In this document: positions 20,943-31,660 of the stretch, one piece after another
Position numbering within the stretch: position 1 is the first letter of the stretch
Layout of the letters: each line of letters opens with the position of its first letter
Assembly: GCA_963844845.1 (NCBI GenBank)
Contig: CAWJPW010000003.1
Span: forward strand, 723,968-787,967
Source: an uncultured Acidobacteriota bacterium
Lineage (GTDB): Bacteria; Acidobacteriota; Thermoanaerobaculia; Thermoanaerobaculales; Sulfomarinibacteraceae
Length of the DNA stretch: 64,000 nucleotides
Direction of reading: 5' to 3'
Position numbers and translations under genes: made by a program
The notes under the pieces: model-generated
Databases searched by the model: none
The model's input: the letters and a program-made list of their open reading frames with translations, nothing else
What the model was told of the DNA's origin: nothing

Positions 20943-22438
20943 TGAACCCCTGCCGCACCGCTGCTGTCCTGGTGCTGGTGATGCCGATGTACCTCGGTTG
21001 CGCGACCACACCGTCGTGGATGACAGGTGAACCGGTACCCGCGAACCCGGCCCAGCGCGCCGCGGAGCTGCCCGCGCCCCCCACCGACGTCGGCGCGACC
21101 GCGAGGCCCAAGGTGGAGCTGCCGGCCAACTGGCAGGAGCTGGCCAAGGAGCTGAGCCTGACCGACATCGTCGGCATCGCCCTCGCCAACAACGACGACA
21201 CACGCGCGGCCTGGTTCGCGGCCCGCGCCGCGGCGGCCCGGGTGGGTCAGAAGCGCGCCGACTACTTGCCCTCGGTAGACCTCACGGCGGACGTGGCGGC
21301 GAATCAGGGCTCGGCGGTGGGCGGCCGCTTCTCCTTCCGCCAGGGGGTCCTGGAGCCCGGCATCGACCTCAACTGGCTGGTCTTCGACTTCGGCGGCCGG
21401 CCGGCCCGGGTGGCTGAGGCGAAGGCGACGCTGGTCGCGGCCGACTGGCAGCACGACGCCGCCATCCAGAACGTGGTGCTCCAGGTCGAGCAGGCGTACT
21501 TCCAGTACCTGGGAGCGCGGGCACAGCTCAAGGCGTTGGAGGCGACGGTCAAGGAGGCCGAGACCAACCTGGACGCCGCCACGCGGCGGAAGGAGGTGGG
21601 TGTCGCCACCGTGGCCGACGTGCTTCAGGCCAAGACCGCCCTGTCACAGGCGCGGCTACAGTACCAGACCGTCGCCGGTCGGATCGACACCCTGCGCGGA
21701 GGTCTGGCCACCGCCATGGGCATCCCGGCTACGACCGACTTCGACGTGGGCGAGCTGCCCGCGCAGCTCCCGGCCGTCGAGGTAGCCGGCAAGGTGGAGG
21801 ACCTCATCGACCGTGCGCTCGTCAACCGCCCCGATCTGGCGGCGCTTCGCTGGCAGGCCGAGCAGTCGGCCCGCCACGTGAGCACTATCAGGGCCGAAGG
21901 TCGGCCGTCAATTAGCCTGTCGAGCAGCGCCAACCGTGCCTACTACTGGGCGCCGCAGGAGATCAGCGGCGCAAGGGCGAACAACTGGTCGGCCGCGGTT
22001 GGGCTCAGGTTTCCGCTCTTCACCGGTTACGATCACTCGTTCAAGGTGCAGGAGGCCGAGGCCAATGCGGTGGTGAGCCAAGCGCAGGCGCACAGCTACG
22101 AGCAGCAGGTGATCCTCGACGTGTGGTCGACCTTTTCCGATCTCAAGACCGCACAGCAGCGCCTCGCCACTGCACGCGATCTGCTCGCCAGTGCTGACGA
22201 GTCGAACCGTGTGGCGCTCGCCCGCTACAAGGAGGGCGTAGGGAGTATCCTCGACCTCCTGACCACCCAGGCGTCGCTTGCGCTGGCCCGCTCCCAGGAC
22301 ATTCAGGCGCGCAGCGACTGGCTGCTGGCACTCGCCAACCTCGCCCATGCCACCGGCTTTCTCGATTCGCCCTCGGCGACGCTCAAGGTATTCGCCGACT
22401 CGCTGACCACCGAGCCCACGGAGAAGCAGAAGCCATGA
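20942..22438 (+). CDS. efflux outer-membrane lipoprotein, NodT/TolC family
   Basis: ATG 20942. Signal peptide with lipobox (PMYLGCATT). Two OEP repeats (LTDIVGIALANNDDTRAAW; LIDRALVNRPDLAAL). Confidence 0.88.
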   Translation: MNPCRTAAVLVLVMPMYLGCATTPSWMTGEPVPANPAQRAAELPAPPTDVGATARPKVELPANWQELAKELSLTDIVGIALANNDDTRAAWFAARAAAARVGQKRADYLPSVDLTADVAANQGSAVGGRFSFRQGVLEPGIDLNWLVFDFGGRPARVAEAKATLVAADWQHDAAIQNVVLQVEQAYFQYLGARAQLKALEATVKEAETNLDAATRRKEVGVATVADVLQAKTALSQARLQYQTVAGRIDTLRGGLATAMGIPATTDFDVGELPAQLPAVEVAGKVEDLIDRALVNRPDLAALRWQAEQSARHVSTIRAEGRPSISLSSSANRAYYWAPQEISGARANNWSAAVGLRFPLFTGYDHSFKVQEAEANAVVSQAQAHSYEQQVILDVWSTFSDLKTAQQRLATARDLLASADESNRVALARYKEGVGSILDLLTTQASLALARSQDIQARSDWLLALANLAHATGFLDSPSATLKVFADSLTTEPTEKQKP

Positions 22439-23640
22439 CGGGACCTCACTCCTCACGCATTCACGCCGCCGCGGAGGCCTCTCGGCAACGCTTGATGACA
22501 CCGCTGGGTCTCCTCGTCGGGGCGGCCCTGGTCGTCGCCGGCTGCGGCGGTGGTGGCGCCGCGCAGCAGCACGCCGGTGGCGGTGCCGTTCCGGTGCGGG
22601 CGGCGGCGGTCACCACCGCGACGGTCCCCCTCGAGATCCACGCCATCGGCAACGTGGTGGCGTCGTCGACGGTGAACGTCAACGCAAGGATCGGCGGCCA
22701 GCTTCAGGCGGTCCACTTCAAGGAGGGTGACGAGGTGACGAAGGGGCAGCTCCTTTTCACCATCGACCCGCGCCCGTTCGAGGCCGCGCTCGCCCGGACC
22801 AAGGCCCAGCTCGCCCGCGACCAGGCCCAGCTCGAGAACGCCAGGGCCGACGTCAGACGCTACGAGAAGCTGGTCAAGGAGTCGTTCGTCACCCAGGAGC
22901 AGTACGATCAGGCCAAGGCCACGGCCGACGCCCTCGCGGCGACCGTGGATGGTGACCGGGCGGCCATCGAGGAGGCGAGGCTGCAGCTGGAGTACACCAC
23001 CATCTCGGCCCCCATCGCCGGGCGGACCGGGAATCTCCTGGTCCACGCCGGGAACTTGATCAAGGCCAACGACAAGACGCTGGTGGTCATCAACCGCGTT
23101 CAACCCATCGACATCGGCTTCTCGGTGCCGGAGCAGTACCTGGGCCGCATTCGTGAGCGGCTCGCTGTCGGGAACGAGCTCCGGATCCGGGCGGCCTCGC
23201 GTCAGGGCGGCAACCAGGTGGACGGCACCCTGGCGTTCGTGGACAACGCGGTCGACGAGAGCACCGGCACAGTGCTCCTGAAGGGCACCTTCACCAATCT
23301 GGACGAGAGCCTGTGGCCCGGCGAGTTCGTCGACGTCTGGCTGCGGCTCGGCGAGCAGCCAGACGCGGTGGTGGTGCCCACCGAGGCGGTGCAGAGCGGT
23401 CAGGAAGGTACCTACGTTTGGGTGGTGAAGCGAGACGGCACCGCCGAGCAGCGCCCCGTCACGGTGGACCGCGAGTACGAGGACAGCACCGTGATCGCCG
23501 AGGGAGTCCAGGCCGGGGAGCAGGTCGTGACCGACGGCCAGCTCCGCCTCACCCCGGGTGCGAAGGTGGACGTGAAGGCGAGCCTCGGAGAGCAGGCCGG
23601 CCAACAGCCTGGGACCCCCGGCCGGGGTGAGGGCTCATGA
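22435..23640 (+). CDS. RND efflux periplasmic adaptor (MFP/AcrA family)
   Basis: ATGA overlap. Lipobox-like VVAGCGG. RIGGQLQAVHFKEGDEVTKGQLLFTIDPRPFEAAL, a coiled-coil hairpin, and beta-barrel and MP domains. Confidence 0.9.
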   Translation: MTGPHSSRIHAAAEASRQRLMTPLGLLVGAALVVAGCGGGGAAQQHAGGGAVPVRAAAVTTATVPLEIHAIGNVVASSTVNVNARIGGQLQAVHFKEGDEVTKGQLLFTIDPRPFEAALARTKAQLARDQAQLENARADVRRYEKLVKESFVTQEQYDQAKATADALAATVDGDRAAIEEARLQLEYTTISAPIAGRTGNLLVHAGNLIKANDKTLVVINRVQPIDIGFSVPEQYLGRIRERLAVGNELRIRAASRQGGNQVDGTLAFVDNAVDESTGTVLLKGTFTNLDESLWPGEFVDVWLRLGEQPDAVVVPTEAVQSGQEGTYVWVVKRDGTAEQRPVTVDREYEDSTVIAEGVQAGEQVVTDGQLRLTPGAKVDVKASLGEQAGQQPGTPGRGEGS

Positions 23641-26600
23641 ACGTCTCGGCGCTCTTCATCCGCCGGCCCGTCACCACCACCCTGATCATGCTCGGGGTGA
23701 TGATCTTCGGCGTCATGGCCTACCGCCTGCTGCCGGTGTCGGACCTCCCCAACGTCGACTTCCCCACCATCCAGGTGCAGGCGAGCCTGCCCGGCGCGAG
23801 CCCCGAGACCATGGCCTCGTCGGTGGCGACGCCTCTGGAGCGGGAGTTCTCCACCATCGCCGGCATCGACTCGATGTCGTCGTCGAGCTCGCTGGGCAAC
23901 ACCCAGATCACCCTTCAGTTCGCGCTCTCGCGCAATCTCGACGCCGCCGCCCAGGACGTCCAGGCGGCCATCGCCCGTGCCAACCGGCAGCTTCCCCAGG
24001 ACATGCCGAGCCCGCCCTCGTACCAGAAGGTGAACCCGGCCGACCAGCCGATCCTCTACGTGGCCCTCACCTCGCCCTCGTTGCCGCTGTACACCCTCGA
24101 CGAGTATGGCGAGACGCTGATGGCGCAGCGGATCTCCACGGTGAGCGGCGTCGCCCAGGTGATGGTCTACGGCTCGCAGAAGTACGCGGTGCGCATCAAG
24201 CTCGATCCAAAGGCGCTGGCCACCCGCGGCATCGGTCTCGACGAGGTGGCCAGCGCGGTGCAGAACGGCAACGTCAATCTCCCCACCGGGACGCTGTGGG
24301 GTCCGCACACCGCGTTCACCGTGAAGGCCAACGGCCAGCTCACCGACGCCGAGCAGTACCGGCCGCTGATCATCGCCTACCGCGACGGCAAGCCGGTTCG
24401 GCTGGACGAGGTCGCCCAGGTGGTCAACGGGGTCGAGAACGACAAGACCGCGGCGTGGTATGTGGACCAGCGCTCGGTGGTGCTCGCCATCCAGCGCCAG
24501 CCCGGCACCAACACGGTGGCGGTGGCGAAGGCGGTGCGCGACCTGCTGCCCACCTTCCGCCAGCAGCTTCCTGCGTCGGTGTCGATGCACGTCCTCTTCG
24601 ACCGCTCGGTGTCGATCCGCGAGTCGGTGAACGACGTCAAGTACACCCTGGTCTTCACCCTGCTCCTCGTCGTCCTGGTCATCTTCCTGTTCCTGCGCAA
24701 CGTCTCGGCGACGATCATTCCGTCGCTGTCGATGCCCCTCTCCATCGTCGGCACCTTCGCGGCGATGGAGCTCATGGGGTACTCCCTCAACAACCTGACC
24801 CTGATGGCGCTGGTGCTCTCCCTGGGCTTCGTGGTGGACGATGCCATCGTCATGCTGGAGAACATCGTGCGCCACATGGAGCACGGCGAGCCGGCCTTCA
24901 CGGCGGCGATGAGGGGGTCGAAGGAGATCGGCTTCACCATCATCTCGATGACCTTGTCGCTGGCCGCCGTGTTCATCCCGGTGCTCTTCATGGGCGGCAT
25001 CATCGGACGCCTCTTCCGCTCCTTCGCGGTGACCATCGGCGTTGCGGTGCTCATCTCCGGCGCGGTCTCGCTGACCCTCACACCGATGCTCTCGAGCCTC
25101 TTCCTGCGGCCCAAGAAGGACGAGGACCACGGCGCGCTGTACCGCTTCTTCGAGCGGTCCTTTGATGGCATGCTCAAGGTCTACGAGGTGGGCCTGCGCT
25201 GGTCGCTGCGCTACCGGATGGTGGTCGTCCTGGTGGCCCTCGTCATCACGCTGGCCACGGGGTACCTCTTCACGTTGGTGCCCAAAGGCTTCATTCCCTC
25301 GGAGGACACCGGCCAGATCTTCGGGTTCACCGAGGCCGCCGAAGGCATCTCGTTCGACGCGATGGTCAAGCACCAGAAGGCCCTGGCGGAGATCGTCACG
25401 CAGAACCCCAACGTGGAGTCGTTCATGTCGTCGGCGGGTCGTGGCGGCATGGGGGGCACCAACACCGGGGTGCTCTTCATCCGTCTCAAGCCGCGCGGCC
25501 AGCGGCCTTCGGTGGACCAGATCATCGCCCAGCTCCGTCCCAAGCTGGCCACGGTCCCGGGGATCAACGTCTACCTGCAGAACCTGCCGCCGATCCGCAT
25601 CGGCGGCAGGCTCACCAAGAGCCAGTACCAGCTCACCCTGCAGGGCCCGGACACCTCGGAGCTGTACAAGGTGGCGCCGCAGCTCGAGGCCAAGATGAGG
25701 CAGCTCCCCGGCCTCGTGGACGTGACCTCGGACCTCCAGCTCAAGAACCCCGAGGTCCAGATCGAGATCAACCGGGACCAGGCATCGGCGCTGGGTGTGA
25801 GCGCGGAGGCCATCGAGAGTGCTCTGTACTCGGCCTACGGAGCCCGCCAGATCTCCACCATCTACGCCCCCAACAACCAGTACCGCGTCATCATGGAGGT
25901 GGAGCGGGCGTACCAGACCGCGCCCTCCGACCTGCATCTCCTCTACGTTCGCTCGAGCAGCGGCGAGCTGGTGCCGCTGGAGGCGATGGTGAGCCAGAAG
26001 CAGACCACCGGGCCGCTGTCGGTGAATCACTCCGGTCAGCTCCCGGCGGTGACGCTGTCGTTCAACACCCTCGAGGGCGTTTCCCTGGGCGACGCGGTGA
26101 ACCGGGTCGAGCAGGCCGCCCAGGGCCTGGTCCCGGACACCATATCGATGAGCTTCCAGGGCACCGCGGAGGCGTTCAAGTCGTCGATGTCGGGTCTCGG
26201 GCTGCTCCTCGTCCTGGCCATTGTTGTGATCTACATCGTCCTCGGCATCCTCTACGAGAGCTTCATCCACCCCATTACGATTTTGTCGGCCCTTCCCCTG
26301 GCGGGCTTCGGCGCCCTCCTGACGCTCCTGATCTTCCACACCGACCTCAACATCTACGCCTTCGTCGGCATCATCATGCTGGTGGGGCTGGTGAAGAAGA
26401 ACGGCATCATCATGATCGACTTCGCCCTCGAGGCCGAGCGTAACGAGGGCAAGAGTTCGGTGGACGCCATCTACGAGGCCTGCGTTGTGCGCTTCCGGCC
26501 CATCATGATGACCAGCATGGCGGCGTTCTTCGGTGTCATGCCCATCGCCTTGGGCATCGGCGCCGGGGCCGAGTCGCGCCAGCCCCTGGGCCTGGCAGTG

Positions 26601-26756
26601 GTGGGAGGCATCCTCTTCTCGCAGCTGCTCACCCTCTTCGTGACCCCGGTGGTCTACGTCTATATGGACCACGTCCAGGGCTGGCTGGGCCGGCACATGC
26701 CGCTGCTCAAGCGGGCCAAGGCCATGGAGGAGCAGCCTGCCGCGAGCGAGGCATAG
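23637..26756 (+). CDS. RND efflux permease (AcrB/MdtB-type)
   Basis: ATGA overlap. MNVSALFIRRPVTTTLIMLGVMIFG N-terminus. 12-TM, two-large-loop RND architecture, 1039 aa. Confidence 0.95.
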   Translation: MNVSALFIRRPVTTTLIMLGVMIFGVMAYRLLPVSDLPNVDFPTIQVQASLPGASPETMASSVATPLEREFSTIAGIDSMSSSSSLGNTQITLQFALSRNLDAAAQDVQAAIARANRQLPQDMPSPPSYQKVNPADQPILYVALTSPSLPLYTLDEYGETLMAQRISTVSGVAQVMVYGSQKYAVRIKLDPKALATRGIGLDEVASAVQNGNVNLPTGTLWGPHTAFTVKANGQLTDAEQYRPLIIAYRDGKPVRLDEVAQVVNGVENDKTAAWYVDQRSVVLAIQRQPGTNTVAVAKAVRDLLPTFRQQLPASVSMHVLFDRSVSIRESVNDVKYTLVFTLLLVVLVIFLFLRNVSATIIPSLSMPLSIVGTFAAMELMGYSLNNLTLMALVLSLGFVVDDAIVMLENIVRHMEHGEPAFTAAMRGSKEIGFTIISMTLSLAAVFIPVLFMGGIIGRLFRSFAVTIGVAVLISGAVSLTLTPMLSSLFLRPKKDEDHGALYRFFERSFDGMLKVYEVGLRWSLRYRMVVVLVALVITLATGYLFTLVPKGFIPSEDTGQIFGFTEAAEGISFDAMVKHQKALAEIVTQNPNVESFMSSAGRGGMGGTNTGVLFIRLKPRGQRPSVDQIIAQLRPKLATVPGINVYLQNLPPIRIGGRLTKSQYQLTLQGPDTSELYKVAPQLEAKMRQLPGLVDVTSDLQLKNPEVQIEINRDQASALGVSAEAIESALYSAYGARQISTIYAPNNQYRVIMEVERAYQTAPSDLHLLYVRSSSGELVPLEAMVSQKQTTGPLSVNHSGQLPAVTLSFNTLEGVSLGDAVNRVEQAAQGLVPDTISMSFQGTAEAFKSSMSGLGLLLVLAIVVIYIVLGILYESFIHPITILSALPLAGFGALLTLLIFHTDLNIYAFVGIIMLVGLVKKNGIIMIDFALEAERNEGKSSVDAIYEACVVRFRPIMMTSMAAFFGVMPIALGIGAGAESRQPLGLAVVGGILFSQLLTLFVTPVVYVYMDHVQGWLGRHMPLLKRAKAMEEQPAASEA

Positions 26757-26808
26757 TAGGAGTCGATACGGTGGCAGGCCCGTGCCCGGGGGGGCCGGGG
26801 AGGTGGCG

Positions 26809-27621
26809 ATGAGAAGCCTGATCGCCGAAAAGCTAGGGCTCGAGCACGAACCGGTGGCGTTGCTGTGGAGCGACGAGCGGCCCGCGGGGGCGGTGCAGTT
26901 CAAGCCGGGGCGTTGGGGCTGCGTCATGTTTCTCGCGGCCGGCGCCGCTCGCGGGCGCACGGCGGTGGTGGACCACGAGACCTGGGGTTGCTGGGGCGGC
27001 GGTGTCGGGCTCGGGTTCGGCAACTGCTATCGGCAGTTCCCGGGCGGCGAGGGCGCCTTTGCCCGCTTCCTGTCCGATGGCAACGACGCGTGCGCGGAGG
27101 GCCGGGCAGTGGCCGAGGCGCTGGCGCCGCACGTGCGACCGGAGTTCCTCGACGACTTCGTCCGCGGCGAACGCTACATGGCGAGCCCCGAGGTGGTCCA
27201 CCGCTTCGTGGACGCTCTGCCCATCACGGAGGTCCCGGCGGCCTACGTGGTGCTGAAGCCGCTGTCGGCCGTGGCGGAGGACGAGCGCCCCGTGTCAGTG
27301 ACCTTCTTCGCCGATCCCGATCAGGTGTCGGCCCTGGTGGTGCTGGCCAACTTCGACGCCGGCGAAGGCGATCGAGTCATCGCACCGTACGCCGCGGCCT
27401 GTCAACAGCTCGGAATCCTCGCCTACCGCGAGGCCGAGGCGCGCCGGCCGCGCGCGGTGCTCGGGCTCACCGACCTGTCGGCGCGCGAGAACGTGCGCCG
27501 GCAGCTGGGCAGGGCCGTGCTCTCGTTCACCGTGCCGCTGGCCCTCCTCGAGACCATGGAGAGCCACGTCGACGAGAGCTTCCTTGAGCGCGGCACCTGG
27601 CAGCGCCTCCGCGCCGACTGA
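26809..27621 (+). CDS. DUF169 domain-containing protein
   Basis: ATG 26809 preceded by GGGGAGGTGG. GRWGCVMFLAAGAARGR...GCWGGGVGLGFG resembles DUF169 proteins. The family call is from memory. Confidence 0.6.
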   Translation: MRSLIAEKLGLEHEPVALLWSDERPAGAVQFKPGRWGCVMFLAAGAARGRTAVVDHETWGCWGGGVGLGFGNCYRQFPGGEGAFARFLSDGNDACAEGRAVAEALAPHVRPEFLDDFVRGERYMASPEVVHRFVDALPITEVPAAYVVLKPLSAVAEDERPVSVTFFADPDQVSALVVLANFDAGEGDRVIAPYAAACQQLGILAYREAEARRPRAVLGLTDLSARENVRRQLGRAVLSFTVPLALLETMESHVDESFLERGTWQRLRAD

Positions 27622-27629
27622 TCAAGAGT

Positions 27630-27693
27630 TGCTTGGGCGATCCAAGCTGCCGATACCACCACCGTGTTTTTCGTGGCCCGTAGGTGTCGGCAG
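27630..27693 (+). terminator. hairpin cluster after the DUF169 gene
   Basis: gcttgg-gcgat-ccaagc (27630-27646). Then ctgccgatacc...ggtgtcggcag (11 bp with one G-U), enclosing a gtgttttt stretch. Confidence 0.45.
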
Positions 27694-27740
27694 CCTTCAC
27701 GACCTCACAGTCGTCTGTTCTTGAGTCTCTCGGAGCCGGA

Positions 27741-27797
27741 AGCCCGCAGCCCGCGCCCGGCTTCATCGCAGCAGAAGACTGGTGCGGGCTGCGGGCT
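27741..27797. terminator. long inverted repeat between convergent genes (candidate bidirectional terminator)
   Basis: agcccgcagcccgc (27741-27754) and gcgggctgcgggct (27784-27797) are perfect 14-bp inverted arms. The right arm touches the prs stop. Confidence 0.5.
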
Positions 27798-28728
27798 ACA
27801 AGAGCTCGGCCAAGGTCTTGTCCCCGAGAACGCGGCGGATGGCCTCGGCGAGGAGCGACGCGACCGACACCGTGTGTACCTCGGCCCCGGGTGCCGGGGC
27901 CAGGGGAATCGTGTCGCTGAGCACGAGACGGGTGACGCCGGCCTCAAGCATGGTTTGCCGCGCGCCCGCAACCAGCACACCGTGTGTGGCCACGGCGATG
28001 GTGCCCTCGCGGGCGCCGGCGTCGCGGAGCGCTTCGGCGCAGCTCGCCACCGTGCCGCCGGTGGAGATCATGTCGTCGACGATCACGCAGCTGCGCCCTC
28101 CCACCTCGCCGACCAGGTGGGTGACCGCCACCTCGCTGCCGCTGTGGCGCTGCTTGTGGAGCACCGTGAGGGGCGCGCCGAGAGCGCGGGCATAGCGGGT
28201 CGCGAGCCGCGCGGCGCCGAGGTCCGGAGCCACCACCACCGCGTCCTCGTCGAGCTCCGTCGCCAGCGTGTCACACAGCGTTGGGACTGCGCTGAGGTTG
28301 TCCAACGGGGCGGTGAAGAAGCCCTCGATCTGCGGTGTGTGCAGGTCCACCGTGATGACCTGAGCGACCCCTGCGGTCTCGATGAGCTGGGCCACCAGCC
28401 GCGCGGTGAGCGGCTCCCGCCGGCCGCCGCGGGTGTCCATGCGGGCGTAGCCGAAGTAGGGGATCACAGCGGTGATCCGGCGCGCTGCGGCGCGCCGGCA
28501 GGCGTCGGCCAGGGCGAGAAGCTCCATGAGGTTGTCGTTCACCGGCGCCGAGGTGCCCTGGACAAGAACCACGTCGGCACCGCGGACCGGGTGCTCGAGC
28601 CGCACCGCCACCTCGCCGTCGGGGAAACGGGAGACCCGGCAGGTGGCGGGCACGATGCCGAGGATCGCCGCCGCTGCTTCGCCCAGGCTGCGGTTGGCGC
28701 TGCCGATGAAGATGGCGGCCTCGTCCAT
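27796..28728 (-). CDS. prs: ribose-phosphate diphosphokinase
   Basis: Start at MDEAAIFIGSAN (ATG 28728). RFPDGEV, ITAVIPYFGYARMD, VDLHTPQIEGFF, and CVIVDDMISTGGT (PRPP loop). Confidence 0.93.
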   Translation of the reverse strand: MDEAAIFIGSANRSLGEAAAAILGIVPATCRVSRFPDGEVAVRLEHPVRGADVVLVQGTSAPVNDNLMELLALADACRRAAARRITAVIPYFGYARMDTRGGRREPLTARLVAQLIETAGVAQVITVDLHTPQIEGFFTAPLDNLSAVPTLCDTLATELDEDAVVVAPDLGAARLATRYARALGAPLTVLHKQRHSGSEVAVTHLVGEVGGRSCVIVDDMISTGGTVASCAEALRDAGAREGTIAVATHGVLVAGARQTMLEAGVTRLVLSDTIPLAPAPGAEVHTVSVASLLAEAIRRVLGDKTLAELL

Positions 28729-28805
28729 GCGACCTCCCGGCAGGGCGCATGGGAGCACGCGCCTGCAGGCGGGTCAAGCCGTCGACCCGGCCTGCGCATT
28801 CCCGG

Positions 28806-29357
28806 TCAGTCGTGCTCGCCGCGGGCGGAGCTGGAGGTCGGCTGCACAGCCGATGGTGCAACGAAGGCGCGCACGCCCAGCTCGTGCACCAGTCGGCCGC
28901 CGTTGTGGGCGGTGTTGGCCAGGGTGATCGCTCCGGCTCCATAGATTGCGAGGAAAAGCACGACGACGCCAGTGAACGCGCCGCGTCCCAGGCGCTCTCC
29001 GGCAAAGTGCCGCACCGCGAGGAGGCCCGCAAAGACGGCTGTGAGGAGCGTGAAGAGCAGCCGGGTACGTTCAGCGAGCTCCTCGTGGTGCTCGAGGACC
29101 GCGTTGATCTGGGGGCTACGCTCGGCGAGGCGGGCGGCAGCCTCGCCGGTTTCCACCGCCACGAACGAGGCCGTGGTGCCCAACGCCATGAGGAGCAGGC
29201 CGGCGACAAGGTACGGCGTGCCGCGTCGACCGACGACGAGGCCGAGGGCAACGAAGAGCGGCGCCAGCAGGAGCAGCGCGATGGGGAAGTGGACGATGAG
29301 GGGATGGAGTCCGTCCCAGGTCGGGATTGGTGGCAGCTCGAACATGGGGCCTCCCAT
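28806..29357 (-). CDS. DUF2231 domain-containing membrane protein
   Basis: HPLIVHFPIALLLLAPLFVAL plus three further TM helices. An alternative ATG lies at 29345. It sits 54 nt downstream of the rubrerythrin gene. Confidence 0.7.
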   Translation of the reverse strand: MGGPMFELPPIPTWDGLHPLIVHFPIALLLLAPLFVALGLVVGRRGTPYLVAGLLLMALGTTASFVAVETGEAAARLAERSPQINAVLEHHEELAERTRLLFTLLTAVFAGLLAVRHFAGERLGRGAFTGVVVLFLAIYGAGAITLANTAHNGGRLVHELGVRAFVAPSAVQPTSSSARGEHD

Positions 29358-29411
29358 GGGGTCGAGCCCCCGCCCGCCGGTGGCGGGCGGGGGTGGTTGG
29401 TTGGTCGCGGC

Positions 29412-30059
29412 TCAGCTCACCTGGCGGTAGTTGTCCTTGGGTTCGAAGCAGGACGGGCACTTGCTGAAGTCGAGCGTGGTGGTCGTATAGCCGCATACCG
29501 AGCACACGTAGTAGGTCGTGGCGGAGCTTCCCGTCAACGAGTCGAGCGAGTCGAGCGCCTGCTGGTAGAGCCGCGCGTGCTCGGTCTCCGCGGTCTTCGC
29601 GTAGTTGAAGGTCTGCAGGGCGTCGCGGTTTCCCTCGGCCCGCGCTTGGGCGAGGAACTCGGGGTACATGGTGTCGCGTTCGTAGCTCTCACCGGCGATG
29701 GCGGCCTGGAGGTTCTCCCGGGTGGACTTGACGTCGGGCTCCTTGACGTCGGCGATGGCAGTGCCGCCCATTATCTCGATAACCTTGGCGTGATTGGCTG
29801 CGTGCACCTGCTCTGCCTGGGCGGCGGCGCGGAAGAGGCTGGCGACGGCTCCGTAGCCCTCCTCGTCGGCCTTGGCAGCGAACGCCAGGTACCGAGCGTG
29901 GGCGTTGCTCTCACCATTGTAGGCGGCCTGCAGGTTGGCCAGCGACCCGGCCGAGCCGGCTGAGGCGGTGCGGGCGGGTCCGAGGCCGGCTGTGGCGAAG
30001 GCCAGGCCGAGGGCGATGACAGAGATGGCAGTGACGCGGGCGGGCGTGAGACGCTTCAT
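29412..30059 (-). CDS. rubrerythrin-family protein with N-terminal signal-peptide-like sequence
   Basis: ATG 30059 preceded by AAGGAGG. MKRLTPARVTAISVIALGLAFATAGLG. Ferritin-like ligands (ESNAHARYLAF, AEQVHAANH, GESYERD, ETEHARLY). C-terminal CSVCGY...CPSC rubredoxin-type site. Confidence 0.85.
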   Translation of the reverse strand: MKRLTPARVTAISVIALGLAFATAGLGPARTASAGSAGSLANLQAAYNGESNAHARYLAFAAKADEEGYGAVASLFRAAAQAEQVHAANHAKVIEIMGGTAIADVKEPDVKSTRENLQAAIAGESYERDTMYPEFLAQARAEGNRDALQTFNYAKTAETEHARLYQQALDSLDSLTGSSATTYYVCSVCGYTTTTLDFSKCPSCFEPKDNYRQVS

Positions 30060-30137
30060 GACTTCGATCCTCCTTGCACGGTTCGTACTCGTGGGCGGTT
30101 CCTGATCGTGGACCCGGTGGGCCCGCCCGTCGTTATG

Positions 30138-30152
30138 GCAAGGAGCGTGCCA
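30138..30152 (-). promoter_or_regulatory. sigma-54 (-24/-12) promoter upstream of the rubrerythrin gene
   Basis: The minus strand reads TTGGCACGCTCCTTGCC, which matches TGGCACG-N4-TTGC exactly. It lies about 80 nt upstream of ATG 30059, immediately downstream of a sigma-54 activator gene. An AT-rich stretch with an IHF-like GATCAATTACTTC lies at 30170-30183. Confidence 0.8.
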
Positions 30153-30271
30153 AGTCGGGCAATCGTGATCGAAGTAATTGATCCTGCTATTTATAGCTCG
30201 TCCACAGCCGGGCGCACCGATGCATCCGCTGTACAAATTTCTGAACTCGAGGGCTTCGCGGCGTCAAGAGC

Positions 30272-31637
<1,366 letters not shown>

Positions 31638-31660
<23 letters not shown>

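Noticed and set aside
23412-27023. 1203-aa ORF antisense to the RND permease. Also 37102..39219 -, 60105..62027 -, 16841..18247 -, 17920..19737 -, 41859..43028 -, 35673..36752 -.
   Set aside because: Same reasoning: low-complexity Arg/Gly/His/Pro-rich strings opposite well-supported genes (AcrB-type, HD-GYP, DnaK, GlpK/GlpD, YcjX, GGDEF-EAL).
29345-29357. Alternative ATG at 29345 for the DUF2231 gene.
   Set aside because: I cannot discriminate the two starts by eye: GGAGG lies only 4 nt upstream of 29345. The longer form is kept.
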